DNA of 64,000 nt from Octopus vulgaris (lineage: Eukaryota), in NCBI GenBank assembly GCA_951406725.2, contig OX597827.1:76880001-76944000 (forward strand). Direction: 5' to 3'. The position numbers and the translations under genes are program-made. This document shows, piece by piece, positions 1 to 12,892 of the stretch. The notes beneath the pieces were generated by a model that did no database searches, had not been told where the DNA came from, and saw nothing but the letters and a program-made list of their open reading frames with translations. The number at the start of each line of letters is the position of its first letter. Position 1 is the first letter of the stretch.

Positions 1-78
1 ACACGTTTCTCTGTGTTTATATATATATATTATATATATATACATACATACATAAAACACAAGAAACATGTATGTATG

Positions 79-109
<31 letters not shown>

Positions 110-349
110 ATTCACACATTTTTGTGTGTGTATGCATGTGTGTGTGTATACACACACAAACCACTAATATACAGAGCCTCTTACAGTTCATATCTTACAA
201 ACACACACTTCAACATATATATATATACACACACACTGCAGTTTACACACACCACACACACAAACACACACAAAGTAGCAGATGTGAGTAGGAAGCTTAA
301 AGACAGGGTTAGTGGCGGGTGGGACGAATTGGCGGTGGGGGGGGGTGTA

Positions 350-540
350 TGAGGAGGTGTGGTGGTAGAGGTAGTAATAGTGTTGTTGGTAAGACCACCA
401 CCACTAATGGCATTAGTATTGTTGATGGTTGGAAGTCAGGTAGTTGGTAGTTAGTCAGATATTGGTGGTGGTGGTGGTAGTTGTGGTGGTAGTAGTAGTG
501 TTGGTGGTGGTGGTGGTAGTAGTAGTAGTAGCAGTGGTAG
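350..540. repeat. Mixed (GGT)n/(AGT)n trinucleotide tract
   Basis: Direct inspection. Confidence 0.9.
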
Positions 541-673
541 GTTATTAGAGATGAAAGTCATGCACCAGTGTGAGGGTCATGCTGTTCATTAGGGCAACCA
601 GCATGAACACCACCACAGAGGTAACCAATCCAGCTCCTCCAAACCATCGGGTGGTGGGTGTGGTCTGAGACCA

Positions 674-883
674 TTACAACAACGATGGTGGCGGCGGCAG
701 TGGCAGAGGAATGTTCTTGGTGGGGGGGTCAAAGACATTCCTGCTGTGACCATCCAGGAGAGAACATGTGCCCATGTCATCTAATATAGAGGGTGTGGCT
801 TGAGGAGATGAGGTGGGTAGAATTGGGGGAGATTTGGTTTCTATGTCTAGCAGGTCAAGTGTGAGTGGGTCAAATGATTGGCA
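674..883 (-). CDS. Candidate terminal coding exon of an unidentified gene (CQSFDPLTLDLLDIETKSPP...PLPPPPSLL*)
   Basis: 210-nt open frame in unique sequence, starting right after an AG (885-884) and ending at TAA (676-674). Weak pyrimidine tract; no recognised homology. Confidence 0.25.
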   Translation of the reverse strand, partial: CQSFDPLTLDLLDIETKSPPILPTSSPQATPSILDDMGTCSLLDGHSRNVFDPPTKNIPLPLPPPPSLL

Positions 884-921
884 CTAGATATGAGTGACTA
901 AAGACTAAAGCCTGGGAGTTG

Positions 922-952
922 ATACTACCACCACCACTACTACCATTGCTGT

Positions 953-988
<36 letters not shown>

Positions 989-1040
989 CACTATTACCAT
1001 TGCTGTTACTACTACTACTACCACCACCACCACCACCACC
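922..1040. repeat. Mixed (ACT)n/(ACC)n trinucleotide tract
   Basis: Direct inspection. Confidence 0.9.
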
Positions 1041-1110
1041 CCACATGGCAGCTACACCTGGCTGAACAATAAAACCCCACATGGCAGCTACACCTGGCTG
1101 AACAATAAAA
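1039..1110. repeat. Perfect 36-bp tandem duplication
   Basis: ccccacatggcagctacacctggctgaacaataaaa occurs twice in tandem. Confidence 0.95.
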
Positions 1111-1379
1111 CAGGTTCAACTCTTTCCATGGCTGAGTGGTGACAAGACAGAAGGTGGGAGAAGGTGATGGTGGGGTGGGTGAAGGAGTGGCATGAAGCCA
1201 TTCCAACCTTTAAAGGCATTGCCCTTGATTGGCCTTGGCAGCTAAAATAAATAAATACCTTCCACCAAGGTATGTATATAAACACACACACACACATCCT
1301 GAGGTTTCTGGAAGCAGTTTGGTCTCCCTAAGATGAAACAAGTTCCAAGTTTAAGTAAACTTTGAAACATGAAACAACA

Positions 1380-1687
1380 GTTTGCCAACATAACATAGCA
1401 GTCCTGGTTTAGGACGAATGTTGCTGTAATTTAGTCCCAGGAGACATTGCCTCCAGCTGGCTTTACAACACGATCTGTGTCCTTATATTTTTGAACAAGG
1501 GAATCTAGCACCCCAGAAATCACAATACACAGATATTGTTTTGAGCTGAGTGGGGGTGCTAGATTACCTTGTTTGAAAATATAAGGACACACATCGTATC
1601 ATATAGCCAGCTGGAGATGATGTCTCCTAGGGCTAAATTACAGCAACATTCGTCCTAAACCAGGACTGCCATGTTATGTTGGCAAAC
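1380..1687. mobile_element. Foldback/MITE-like long inverted repeat
   Basis: Arms of about 135 bp (1380-1514 and 1553-1687) are reverse complements around a 38-bp spacer. Confidence 0.85.
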
Positions 1688-1939
1688 AATCTTTACTCCA
1701 AAGTACTGTTGCTGAATATCTCATGTTGTGAGATTTAAAAATGGTCATTTTCTAATGAAATAACACAATCTTCAAATGTATTGAGTACTTTTCGGAAAAC
1801 ATTTTAATTCTATAAACCAAGGATAACTTTACTGTAACTACTACTACTACTACTACTACTAGTAACAGCTTTTACATGATTTTCAGTGCTAGCATAGGTT
1901 AGATGAATATAGGACAGAGGCACTATCATCATCATCATC

Positions 1940-1976
<37 letters not shown>

Positions 1977-1984
1977 GTGAACCC

Positions 1985-2374
1985 CCACCCCTGCTGGTGC
2001 CACATAAAATGCACCCAGTGCACTCTGTGAAGTGGTTGGCATTAGGAAGGGCATCCAGCCAAAGCTGGCAACAGAGCCTCATGTAGTCCTTTGAATTACC
2101 AGTTTCTGTTAAATTGTCCAACCCATACTGGCATGGTTAACAGATGATGTGGCTCCTGTGCAAGTGGCATGTAAAAAACATCAACTACCCTCTCCGAGTG
2201 GTTGGTGTTAGGAAGGGCATCCACCACGTTCTGGTGGCATGTAAAAAGCTCCATCCGAACATGGCTGATGCCAGTACCCCCTGACTGGCTCCTGTGCTGG
2301 CTCTCCAGACCTCAGCCAAACTGTCCAACCCATGCCAGCATGGAAAATGGACATTAAACGATGATAATGATGAT
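1985..2374 (+). mobile_element. Two adjacent family C retroposon fragments with (GAT)n tail
   Basis: ggttggtgttaggaagggcatcc ... aacccatgccagcatggaaaatggacattaaacgatgat. Confidence 0.8.
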
Positions 2375-2574
2375 CCCTAAACACAACCAATTTTATGAGG
2401 GATACAGTGGAAAATTGCAAAACATTCCAGGAATTCTCCATTCGAGGTTCCTGGTCTAAAGACACACAGACATAAGGAGCAGTGAAGCCTCGGCCATTTG
2501 TGTACCTAAGTGACATACAGATTCATTACATCAGTGCAAGCTTATCCCCTGCTCCCACCAAATATACATACATA

Positions 2575-2975
2575 GGTCCACGTGTGGCTGTCTAATTCTC
2601 AAACACAGAATTCCCGGTTTCAGTCCCAATGCGTGCAACCTTGGCAAGCCCAGGGTCAACCAAAGCCTTGTGAGTGGATTTCGGAGATGGAAACTGAAAG
2701 AAGCCCATTGTGTACATATGCAGTTTGGCATAAGAGACTAAGTACCACGCTTTAGATGAAGGAAAAGTACGGGGATTGATTCATTTGACCAGAAAACCTT
2801 CAAGGCAGTGCCCCAGCATGGCCACAGTCAAATGACTGAAAAAAAGATAAAGATATGAACTTGCTTCCCACCCATGCACTTTCAGATTCAGTCCCATCAT
2901 GCAGCACCTTGAGCAAGTGCCTTCTACTGTAGCTTTACTCGTGGATTTGGTGAATGGAAACTGAAAGAAGCCTTG
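2575..2975 (+). mobile_element. Two degenerate SINE family A fragments
   Basis: ccttggcaag / gtggattt / ggaaactgaaagaagcc / ccagcatggccacagtc modules. Confidence 0.75.
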
Positions 2976-2991
2976 TGTGTATGTCTTCTTT

Positions 2992-3204
2992 CATTTTTTA
3001 CTTGTTTCAGTCATTTGGCTGCGGCCATGCTGGAGCACTACCTTGAAAGGTTTTAGTCGAACAAATCCACCCAGGACTTATTTTTTAAGCCTAGTGCTTA
3101 TTCCATCGGTCTCTTTTGCTGAACTGCTAGGCTACAGGGAAATAAACGCACCAACACCGGTTGTCAAGCAGTGATGCAGGGACAAACACAGACACACACA
3201 CACA

Positions 3205-3242
<38 letters not shown>

Positions 3243-3388
3243 GATGGGCTTCTTTCAGTTTCTGTCTACCCAACATCCACTCATAAGGCTATAGTTGCCC
3301 TGAGGCTATAATAGAAGACACTTGCCCAAGGTGCCGTTCAGTGGGACTGAACCCAGAACCATGTGGTTGGGAAGCAAGCTTCTTACAC
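2992..3388 (-). mobile_element. tRNA-derived SINE, family A
   Basis: Reverse complement of the family A consensus with an internal (CA)(TA) microsatellite. Confidence 0.9.
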
Positions 3389-3507
3389 ATATACACTTAT
3401 AAATAATGATGAACCATAAATATAACAACGAAAGAAATAGACCTTTATATCACTAAAATAGAAGGAAACTTCAAATACACACACACACATTATATGCTGG
3501 TGTCTGT

Positions 3508-3890
3508 GGAGGTCCAATGGCCCAGTGGTTAGGGCAGCAGACTCGCAGTTGTAGGATTGCAGTTTCAATTCCCAGACCAGGCATTGTGAGAGTTTAATGA
3601 GTGAAAACATCTAAAGCTCCACAAGGCTCTCGCGGGGGTGGGGGTGGCAAACCCTGCTGTACTCTTTCACTACAGCTTTCCCTCACTCTTTCTTCCTGTT
3701 TCTGTTGTACCTGTATTTCAAAGGGGCCAACCTTGTCACACTCTGTGTCACGCTGAATATCCCCAAGAACTACGTTAAGGGTACACATATCTGTGGAGTG
3801 CTCAGCCACTTGCACTTTAAATTCACAACCAGGCTGTTCTGTTGATCGGATCAACTGGAACCCTCGTCATCATAAAAGATGGAGAGCCAC
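3508..3890 (+). mobile_element. tRNA-derived SINE, family B
   Basis: A box TGGCCCAGTGG and B-box-like GTTTCAATTCCC; homologous to copies at 20362, 56411 and 60838. Confidence 0.9.
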
Positions 3891-4584
3891 GATGCTGGTG
3901 TTTGTCTGTCTTTCTATTTCTCTAAGTCTACTTCTAAATCCATAAAACTTTCATAAATCCTTAATCCTTAAACCTTTAGAACCTTTTTATCCTTAAACCT
4001 ATTACAGAAACCTAAACCTCCTCCTTACATCTCCATAAACTCCAACTGCTTTTTATTGTATTTTATGTTATTTTTACCTTATTTTATTTTATTATGTATT
4101 TCATCCTCCTCCTTTAAGTCCCTAACCTTTCCCACCATCAGCGTTACCTTCTTATCTTAGTATGTGTGTGTGGGGGGGGGGGCAACCCCTGTTTTGATAC
4201 CACATGATGATTGTGAACAAGTACTATTCATTTCCAGTCCTCTGTGAAAAACATGTTTGGCCATGGGGGGGGGGATTATATCTTCATTGGAAACAGGTGA
4301 AAGTTGGCAACAGCAAGAGCGTCCAGTTGTAGAAAATCTGCCACAATGAAACCTGTCTGAGCCTTGCTAGCAGGGGAAAGTGGACCTTGAAACAATGATG
4401 ATAGGACATTGAGTCTGAAATTAAGGGTCATACTTTACAATGCCCTGAAGAGTGAAATTCCATAATCAGACTTAGGGGCAAAACAAGGGACCACTGTAAA
4501 TGGAAATTTGGGGGTTCACTCCATTATGTGAGTGCCACTTAACTGAGCACTCATAATATTACATATATAAACATACACACTTTT

Positions 4585-4990
4585 ACACTGACCAGAAGAG
4601 AATTAATGCATTCGAGCTTTTGTGTTGGAGAAGACTTTTACGGATTCCATGGACAGCGAGGCTCACCAATGGAGAAGTTCTTAACTGGATCAAGCCGAAA
4701 CTGTCGCTAGAAGCTTGGATCACCAAGCATAGATTGGCATATTTCAGTCATATTATGCGGAGAAAATCTCTGGAGAAGGACATCATGCTTGGAATGGTCA
4801 GTGGCAAGAGAGGAAGAGGCTGACCAAGGACCTGCTGGCTTGACACCATCAAGAGTGATACAGGAATGGCCATAGCCAATCTGAAAGAAGCAGCCCAGAA
4901 TAGAACTGACTGGAGGACACTGATCCATCGAGTAACCGAGAGTCGACTTTGACTGAGTGGATAGATATAGATAGATAGATAGATAGATAG
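4585..4990 (+). mobile_element. RTE (BovB-like) LINE 3' fragment with (GATA)n tail
   Basis: Translates to INAFELLCWRRLLRIPWTAR...YFSHIMRR-KSLEKDIMLG...RGRG*PRTCWLD...WRTLIHRVTESR, the typical RTE ORF C-terminus; has an in-frame stop. Confidence 0.92.
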
Positions 4991-5403
4991 AAACATACAC
5001 ACATAATAGATTAGATACATGTATATATACACACACACACAGATTACACTCAACAGCTGATGTCTACACAGACACCACACCCATCAAACAACATACAACA
5101 AAGACCCATACTGGCCCGCACCCTCACACTCTCGTGCACCCCCACTCAGCCAATCCCACCCACCCACACACCCAGTAAGTTGATTTTCTATTTTCATTTA
5201 TGAAAATAACATTTTAAAAGGTTGCTATAGCAACTAGAATACTATGACAACAGAGAAATAAGCAGGGAGTTGGGGGGTGGCGAGGAAGAGCAAGGGGTGG
5301 GAGGGAAAGAGGATGTGTGGATGTTAATAGATTAATGGACACACACACACACACACAAATATAGCATGAGAGAGAAATTACAAGATTACAAGTATTGATA
5401 GAC

Positions 5404-5437
<34 letters not shown>

Positions 5438-6669
5438 CCCCCATACACAGTGCATATAAGATAGATATGAGAGTCTAAGTGAATAAAATGCCACATTTAT
5501 GTACAGCTGTGGATGTATGTAAAGAATATAACAAAAGTGTGTGTGTGTGTGTGTCTGTGTGTGTGATTAAGGTCTTGCATCAATGTGTCTGAATCCCCCT
5601 TTCGCAACAGCCCCTTGCACTTCTACAGCTTCTGGCCCACCACCAATAACACTCGGGTGTCTTTGGTAGAGCCCACCGTGTTATGAATATTACAGTGTTG
5701 TCTCTGGACTGAGGACAATGTCTGGCCTTACTCCCACATGTCATGGAGACCCTACAAGGACCATACACTGTCCCTCCATGGTTATAATTGGTTTCTATGA
5801 ACAACAATTTACATCCACCAAAATGCCACTCTCTCCATCTCCCTCTCTCTCTGTTCTAACTTCTCTTTACAAAGGCCTTTTTTGTTCTAAATTGTTGACT
5901 ACAGTTACAAATACCTATCTACATTTAGGGTTTTAAGCTCCCTGTAATCCTTTCTTACAGAGGACTATTTCAACTTCTTCAATGTTGACACCACAAGAAA
6001 AACATATTGAGTACCATTCTGTGAAATGGGTGGCACTATGAAGAGCATCTAACCATAGAAATTGAGTCAAAAGGTCCCATGCGAGATCTTGGCTTTGGAT
6101 GACAACAGCAATTTCTGTTAAAGAAATGACTCGGGCCGTGATGACCAAACCAATCCACACCAACATGGAAGGAAACTGGACGTAAAGTAATGGTGATGAT
6201 GATGATGATGACCATGTCTATGCTGCAGGGAGAGGAGAAATTGCAATGTTGATTCTGTCCAGATTTATACTGACACGCTACTTTGCACTCTGGAACACCT
6301 CACCCACCTGCCCTCTGCCCCTCCACTCAACACGGAATGTTCAATGGCAAACCTCTTACTTTCTGTTTCTCTTTCAGTTACCTGGTAACATCTGCTGCTG
6401 CTGCCACTTCTTTCTTCTCATTCTTCCCAGGACTGTTCTCCAGTTTATACAGCTCCATCTATCATGCCATCCCCCCATCATGTCACCTCCAGTCTGGCTG
6501 GACCCTTGCCCTATCCTCATATTCCTAATACATTCTTTAACCCTATATCTGAGCAAGGAATCTTCCCACTGAGATAACTTCCTTCATCCGGCTCTCCACC
6601 TAACCCTTATCCCAAATACAGAATGACCTTATCCCAAATACTGAGTAATACATTATTTAAAACTGTCAG

Positions 6670-6976
6670 TTCTGATGACGTTTTGGTTGATCTGATCAAC
6701 GGAACAACCTGATTGTGAAATTAAAGAAATTAAAGAGCAAGTGACTGAGTACTCCACAGACATACACACTCTTGATGTGGTTCTCTGGAAGACTCAGTAT
6801 GACACAGAATGTAACAAGACTGGCCTTTTGAATTATGAGTACCACTCATTTCTGCCAGCTGAGTGGAGTGGAGCAACTTGAAATAAAGTGTCTTGCTCAA
6901 GGCCACAATGTGCTGCCAGGAATTGAATTTACAATAGTGAACAGAAGACCTTAATCATGAACCGATGGCCCTTCAC
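6670..6976 (-). mobile_element. Chimeric SINE: family E head and CORE-like module joined to a family B tail
   Basis: 6670-6835 matches the B tail; 6845-6910 matches cagctgagtgaactggagcaacgtgaaataaagtgccttgctcaag of family E. Confidence 0.75.
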
Positions 6977-7500
6977 TGCTTCCTTATTTAACAGCCATCA
7001 TCTATTTCCCAAGACCATCCGCCTATTAAATTTCTTGTTGAAATATGAGGCCCGTTCGGCTCAGTAGATGATCAGAGGGTTGTCAGGTTGCCCAAAGTTA
7101 GTCTTGCAAATGGTTAGATTATCTGGCATCACAGAACTGGAAAAGTCTTGATCTTAATTCATTCCTTATACCATATCCATAGCCTCCATCTATGTCGGAA
7201 GAGCTGTCAAGCGATTGCTCAACCCACAACCAGCAAAATCACTTGATGGGATGATATAGTCATCGTCAACAAGCTGGCTTGTAAGAGGTTTATGTGAGTG
7301 TCTATGTATGTATATGTGTGTGTGTGTGTGTATGTGTATACTCAAGATTATCCTTGTTGCAAATATACAAACTGGTACGACCAGCTAATGTTTAGGCTGA
7401 CAATGACTAAAGCAGGAAGTCTGTGTTCCAACTGACCCATGAAGAGCAGTGAATGATGTAGCTGTACTCAAATGAACAATCCACAATATTAAACTATAAA

Positions 7501-7906
7501 GCGCAGGAATGGCTGTGTGGTAAGTAGCTTGCTAACCAACCACATGGTTCTGGGTTCAGTCCCACTGCATGACACCTTGGGCAAGTGTCTTCTACTATAG
7601 CCTCGGGCCAACCAAAGCCTTGCGAGTGAATTTGGTAGACGGAAACTGAAAGAAGTCCGTCGTATATATGTGTATATATATATATGCGTGTGTGTGTTTG
7701 CGTGTCTGTGTTTGTCTCCCTAGCATTGCTTGACAACCGATGCTGGTGTGTTTATGTCCCCGTTACTTAGCGGTTCGGCAAAAGAAACCGATAGAATAAG
7801 TACTGGGCTTACAAAAGAATAAGTCCCGGGGTCGAGTTACTCGATTAAAGGCGGTGCTCCAGCATGGCCGCAGTCATATGACTGAAACAAGTAAAAGAGT
7901 AAAGAG
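7501..7906 (+). mobile_element. Full-length tRNA-derived SINE, family A
   Basis: A box TGGCTGTGTGG, B box GGTTCAGTCCC, internal microsatellite, 3' tail ccagcatggccgcagtc...aagtaaaagag. Confidence 0.93.
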
Positions 7907-8048
7907 TATAAGTGACACTTTGTGAGCGAAGAGTACACATCACAGCATATTCCAGCCATGATGGCCAAGAGCTGTTTTATAACCAGAGTATATCTGGTTC
8001 ATACATAATACAGTGTATGATATATGTCTGATATATACACATATAGAC

Positions 8049-8310
8049 ACAGGAGTGGCTGTGTGGTAAGTAGCTTGCTTACCAACCACGTGGTTCCGGG
8101 TTCAGTCCCGCTGCGTGGCACCTTGGGCAAGTGTCTTCTACTATAGCCTCGGGCAGACCAAAGCCTTGCGAGTGGATTTGGTAGACGGAAACTGAAAGAA
8201 GCCCATCGTATATATGTATACATGTATGTGCGTTTATGTTTGTATGTCTGTGTTTGTCCCCCCCAACATTGCTTGACAACCGATGTTGGTGTGTTTATAT
8301 CCCCGTAACA
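8049..8310 (+). mobile_element. SINE family A, 3'-truncated
   Basis: Matches the 5' two-thirds of the copy at 7501. Confidence 0.9.
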
Positions 8311-9215
8311 ATTAACAAGAATAAAAGAATATATCTTCATAATCATTTAATGTCCAATTTCTATGCTGGTATGGGTTGGACAGTTTGACAAGAGCTGGCA
8401 AGCCAGAGGGCCAAGCTGTTTTGTCTGTTTTGGCATGGTTTCTACAGCAGGGTGCCCCTCTTATGACATATATATGATATACTATATAATATGGTATACG
8501 ATACCATATATGACATAGTGAGATATCACGCAATCACATGATTGACCAGACTATTGATTATTGTTCAATATCGTTGGTCACAATGAGTTTCACCTTGTTT
8601 CAGCTTTTGAGTGATGCTGCCTCACTGGCAAGGTGACCAGGCCAACATTCCCCTCCTGATCAGAAGGCTACTCCATTGCAGGATGACCTGTCTACAGCTG
8701 AGTGGACTGGAGCAACGTGAAATGAAGGGTTTTGCTCAAGAACAACATGCAACCAGTGTGCTGTGTGTGTGTGTGTGTGTGTATGATATAATACATAAAC
8801 AGGGCTTGAAAGATTGCTTTAAGATCCATGGCATATTTTGTAAATATCCCTGTTCAAGTATCATAAAGGCATGAAACTATTGGTAGCTCTTTTGGTTGTG
8901 TATTTAATTTAATGTATGTGCGTGTGTGTGTGCATGCATGCAAGCATACATATAAAGAAGAACAAAAATGGGGTTTAATGGTGTCCTTTTTATACCAACA
9001 CAGCACTTAGAACCAGCCCTGTGCCGGATCCACAGTTGAAATTAGATTTGGTACTTCCATATCTACAGTATCCCACCATCACCTGATACCTCCAGGGTTG
9101 TTTTACCTCATTGAGAACACTATGTTATTGTACCTAGCCATTTATGGTGTCCTACATGTTGATGTGCCTAGATTCTACTGAGTCCTATAAATATACATGT
9201 GTGAGTGTGTGTGAG

Positions 9216-9267
<52 letters not shown>

Positions 9268-9269
<2 letters not shown>

Positions 9270-9635
9270 AGCAGTATCGCCCGGCGTTGCTTGGGTTTGT
9301 TTTGACCCTTTAGAATTGGAATTTTTGAAAAGTAAAAATTTTGCTTTATGTAGCTTGCTATTCTCTTTTTCTGGTTGAAATACACCGAAAAATGGCGACA
9401 CAGCAGTCAAAAAATCGTAAAAAATAGGGGTTTTCATAGACAAAAAGCACCTTTTTCATGTAAATAATTTTTGGTGTTAACATGGTCCGATTTGAATTTT
9501 TTCTTCTACGGAATGAAGAGCAAGCCTTCTTCTATCATACTCTCAATTTTGGTCAACTTGTGCAGCAGGGTCTCGGAGGAGATAAGTGTTAGTTGAAGGC
9601 TTACCAAACCTACCATACACAGACAGCTTCAGCTT

Positions 9636-9659
<24 letters not shown>
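9268..9659 (-). mobile_element. Non-autonomous Helitron-like element
   Basis: Same 3' hairpin end (gcagtatcgcccggcgttgc on +) as the copies at 48176 and 57871; terminal CTAG has become CTTG; interior differs. Confidence 0.75.
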
Positions 9660-9681
<22 letters not shown>

Positions 9682-11112
9682 AGCTCATGTGAATAGCTAC
9701 TCTGAGTTCCATCTTCCTTTCCTCGGGCAACTGTGGATTAGGGAACATAAAAATGTGTGTGTGCATGTGTGTGTGAGCATACGCATGCACATGTGTGTTT
9801 GTCATAGATGCATACATAAACACATTTATATATGTATGTATAATAGAAACACACACACACACACATATACACAAAGATTATAGTTTGAAGAGAGAGAGGT
9901 GTTAAGAGGATAAAAACACAGGCAGCAGTAACTAGAACTGATAAATACCTTTGTCACACCTGGGGTGGAAAGTCAGCCAAGGAGATAAAAATTATACATA
10001 CACACACACACACATATATATGTATATGTGTGAGTGTATATATATATATATATACACACACATATGTATGTGTGTGCACACATATATATGTATGTATGTG
10101 TGTGAGTGTATGTATATATATATATATATACATACACACGTGTATATGTGTGTGTGTGTGTGTATGTATATATATATATATATGCATGCATGTATACATA
10201 CATGCGTGTGTGCATGTATACACTCTTCCAGTTATTGAGATATATGTGTGTGTGTGTGTATATATATATATGTATGTATATATATATAAAGAGAGAGAGA
10301 GAGGGGGGGTAAACAGGTTATGTAGGTGACCTGTGTTTCGTGCTGGTGTCCTACAGTGTGTGTGTGTGTGTAGGCGTTATCTATTTTGGCTACTTGTATA
10401 TGTATGTGTATGTATATATATAAAAGGAGGACCAGCAGAATGTATGTGCATGTATGCAGGTGTCAGTATGTGTGGGTGTGTGACTGCAGGCAGTGGTATA
10501 TGTATAGGTGAGAGTGTGGAAGTGACTGCGTGGTGGTTGGGGCTACAGTATAAGCAAGGCAGTGTAAATAAGCACACATGAAAGAGATTCCATAAATGCA
10601 CGTATTTAAGTTGGTGGGTGGGGGGTAGGCAGGCATGACCACGGGTACTGCACTCTTAATCATATCCCAGGGGTGGGGAGGATGGTGGGGTGTGGGGGTA
10701 GAGGGTAAACAACAATAATTTAATCCTCCCCATGCAACCACTTTGCGCTAATCCCAAATCCACTGGATTTCGACAGTCACCAGATAAAAGTGTTGTGCAA
10801 GTGGTGAGGCCGGCGGCTTAAGCTCGGACATCCTAACATTGCGAATGGACGCTGTTGGGTTTGTTGTGGATCAGCCACACTTCACCGAAAAGGACTAAAA
10901 CAAGGGTGTCTGGCTAATGTCGGATCAGGCTTTTATGGACACATGGCAGTTTCAAATCCCAGCTGGAGATCGATGAATTAAAACATTTTTAATGTGATGT
11001 CTACAGCCAAGGATGAGTGTGTGGAGAGAGGGGGGGAGCTCTGCAGGCAGTCACTTAGCTTGATAGATATTGACAATGAAATAGGGAGTGGCCCTTAATA
11101 ATAATTACACTC

Positions 11113-11243
11113 AATCATCATCATCATTGTTCGACCATGGTCGAGACAATGGAATTTACCATGCTACGCCAGACTTCACGGTCCATTATGGCATTACGGA
11201 GGTCCTGTTGCTGGATGCCTGTATCCCTGGAGATTACATTCAA
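11113..11243 (-). mobile_element. RTE-like LINE extreme 3' end with (TGA)n tail
   Basis: Translates to ISRDTGIQQQDLRNAIMDREVWRSMVNSIVST, followed by the tail. Confidence 0.75.
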
Positions 11244-11297
11244 TAGGGAGCAGACTTTCATAATAACTACACTCACCTTAATAGAGTGGACGTTAAT

Positions 11298-11448
11298 AAC
11301 CCTTTCTACCATAGGCACAAGACCCAAAACTTTGCGGGAGGGGGCTAGTTGATTTCATCGACCCCAGTACTCCACTGGTACTTATTTTATCAACCCTGAA
11401 AGGATGAAAGGCAAAGTAGACCTCGATGGAATTTCAACTCAGAGCGTA
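11298..11448 (-). mobile_element. SINE family D fragment
   Basis: cgaccccagt...ggtactta...aggatgaaaggcaaagt motif. Confidence 0.85.
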
Positions 11449-12173
11449 AGACTCAAAACACACTTGGGAGTGGACCTTAATAATAACTACACCCAACTCA
11501 ACAGGGTATGGCCCTTAATCAAAACTACACTCAATTTGGAGTGGACCTTCATAACATTTTCACTCGCCTCGATAGGCAACAGACCTTAACAACTACACTA
11601 ACATCAATAAAGAGTTGACATTTGGCAAGAGAGCAGAAGGGTGACGACCTCTTCAATTCAAAGATGTTCGCAAGAGAGACAAGAAGTCACTTTACTTGAT
11701 GTGATTGCAGTGGAAGCTGGAACTCTGTAGAAGTTTAAAGAAAAAGGAGAAGCCAAGACGAGATGCACACCTTGAATAAACAAAACAGCATCAACACAAC
11801 ACTGATGGGTAGTACCTTCAAATGTTACTGCTGCTGCAGCTGGGGCAGTTACTCCCATGTCAAGACCAAAGCAAAAGCCTCCCTGGTGCAGATCTATTGC
11901 CTCACAACACTAACACACTCCACAGCAGCAGCCATTCAAGAATTTGGACCTGGAGATCTCCATTTCCAGCGACTTCGAGGGCCACCTCCCAGTGGTGTCA
12001 GGCGTCAATGAAGAGCCCTCGACTACAAGACGACCAAAGTTTTTTTCTTTTTTTTCCAAGGTCTGGGGTCTCCCGCCCCTAAGCTCTAAACCATCACCTA
12101 ATCACCCTGACCTGTCTTGTTGCTTAACAACAACAACAGCAGCAGCAGCCCACCTAATTAATTTTAATACAAC

Positions 12174-12620
12174 AGGTGTGGCCATGTGGTAAGAATGTTT
12201 GCTTCCTAACCACATGGTGTTGAGTTCAGTCCCACTGCATGGCACCTTGGCCAAGTGTCTTCTACTATAGCCCCCAGGCTGACCAAAGCCTTGTCAGTGG
12301 ATTTGGTAGACGGAAACCGAAAGACACCATCGCATATGTGTGTGTAAGAGAGAGAGAGAGAGAGAGAGAGAGTGCATATTCGTGTCTCCATGTGTTGACA
12401 TCATGTGGCAGTTGTAAATGAATGCCACCATCTTGCAAGCAGTGTCCTTTGTTTCCAGTCTTCTGTGAAAACGTGTCTGATGATAGGGAAATGTTACTTT
12501 GCTTAACAACAAGAGAGGGTTGGCAACAGGAAGGGCACCCGGCCTCAGAAAATCTGCCTCAACAAATTCTGTCTGACCCATGAAAGCATGGAAAACGGAC
12601 AATATGATGATGATGATGAC
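12174..12620 (+). mobile_element. Composite SINE: family A head with a family C-like (GAT)n tail
   Basis: A head at 12174-12335, then (GA)n, a body, and ggcaacaggaagggca...catggaaaacggac...gatgatg. Confidence 0.8.
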
Positions 12621-12892
12621 AATAACGTACATGGGAGCCGCCATTCACTGCACCATCTTTAAAAGAATGGATACACTGAATAATGTAGTTCATGGTACAC
12701 TGTGTTTATAACTAAAAACAGGATGGTCATGACAGGAATACAATTTGATCATGGTTTAGCTGATTGATCTGGGGGTCAAATGCCAACATCAATTAAATGA
12801 AACTAAAATAAACAGTATTTATTTCTTTGTTTATCAAACTACCCCCACTTTCTGATATTTAGTCTTCTCACGCAATGATTCATCAGGAGGAC

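Larger units (their letters stand above)
11082..11606. repeat. Degenerate minisatellite of about 36 bp (gggagtggaccttaataataactacactcaa), interrupted by two retroposons
   Basis: Units start near 11082, 11246, 11284, 11466, 11503, 11538 and 11574. Confidence 0.75.

Noticed and set aside
4440-4482. tgccCTGAAGAgtGAAA...ggggca
   Set aside because: There is no room for helix II between the two core boxes.
6370-6577. Possible exon: plus-strand acceptor at 6430 giving DCSPVYTAPSIMPSPHH...PLR*, or minus-strand donor CAG|GTAACT near 6381
   Set aside because: The strand signals conflict, there is no recognisable homology, and no partner exon is visible.
10760-10960. Possible L1/Tx1 endonuclease N-terminal remnant (SDILTLRMDAVGFVVDQPHFTEKD)
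   Set aside because: The similarity is too short and degenerate to call without a search.
11082-11606. CRISPR-like appearance of the 36-bp repeats
   Set aside because: The units are degenerate and tandem without unique spacers, the context is eukaryotic, and there are no cas genes.
11620-12060. Unique, moderately GC-rich block with several short ORFs
   Set aside because: No coherent splice sites or recognisable protein motif on either strand.
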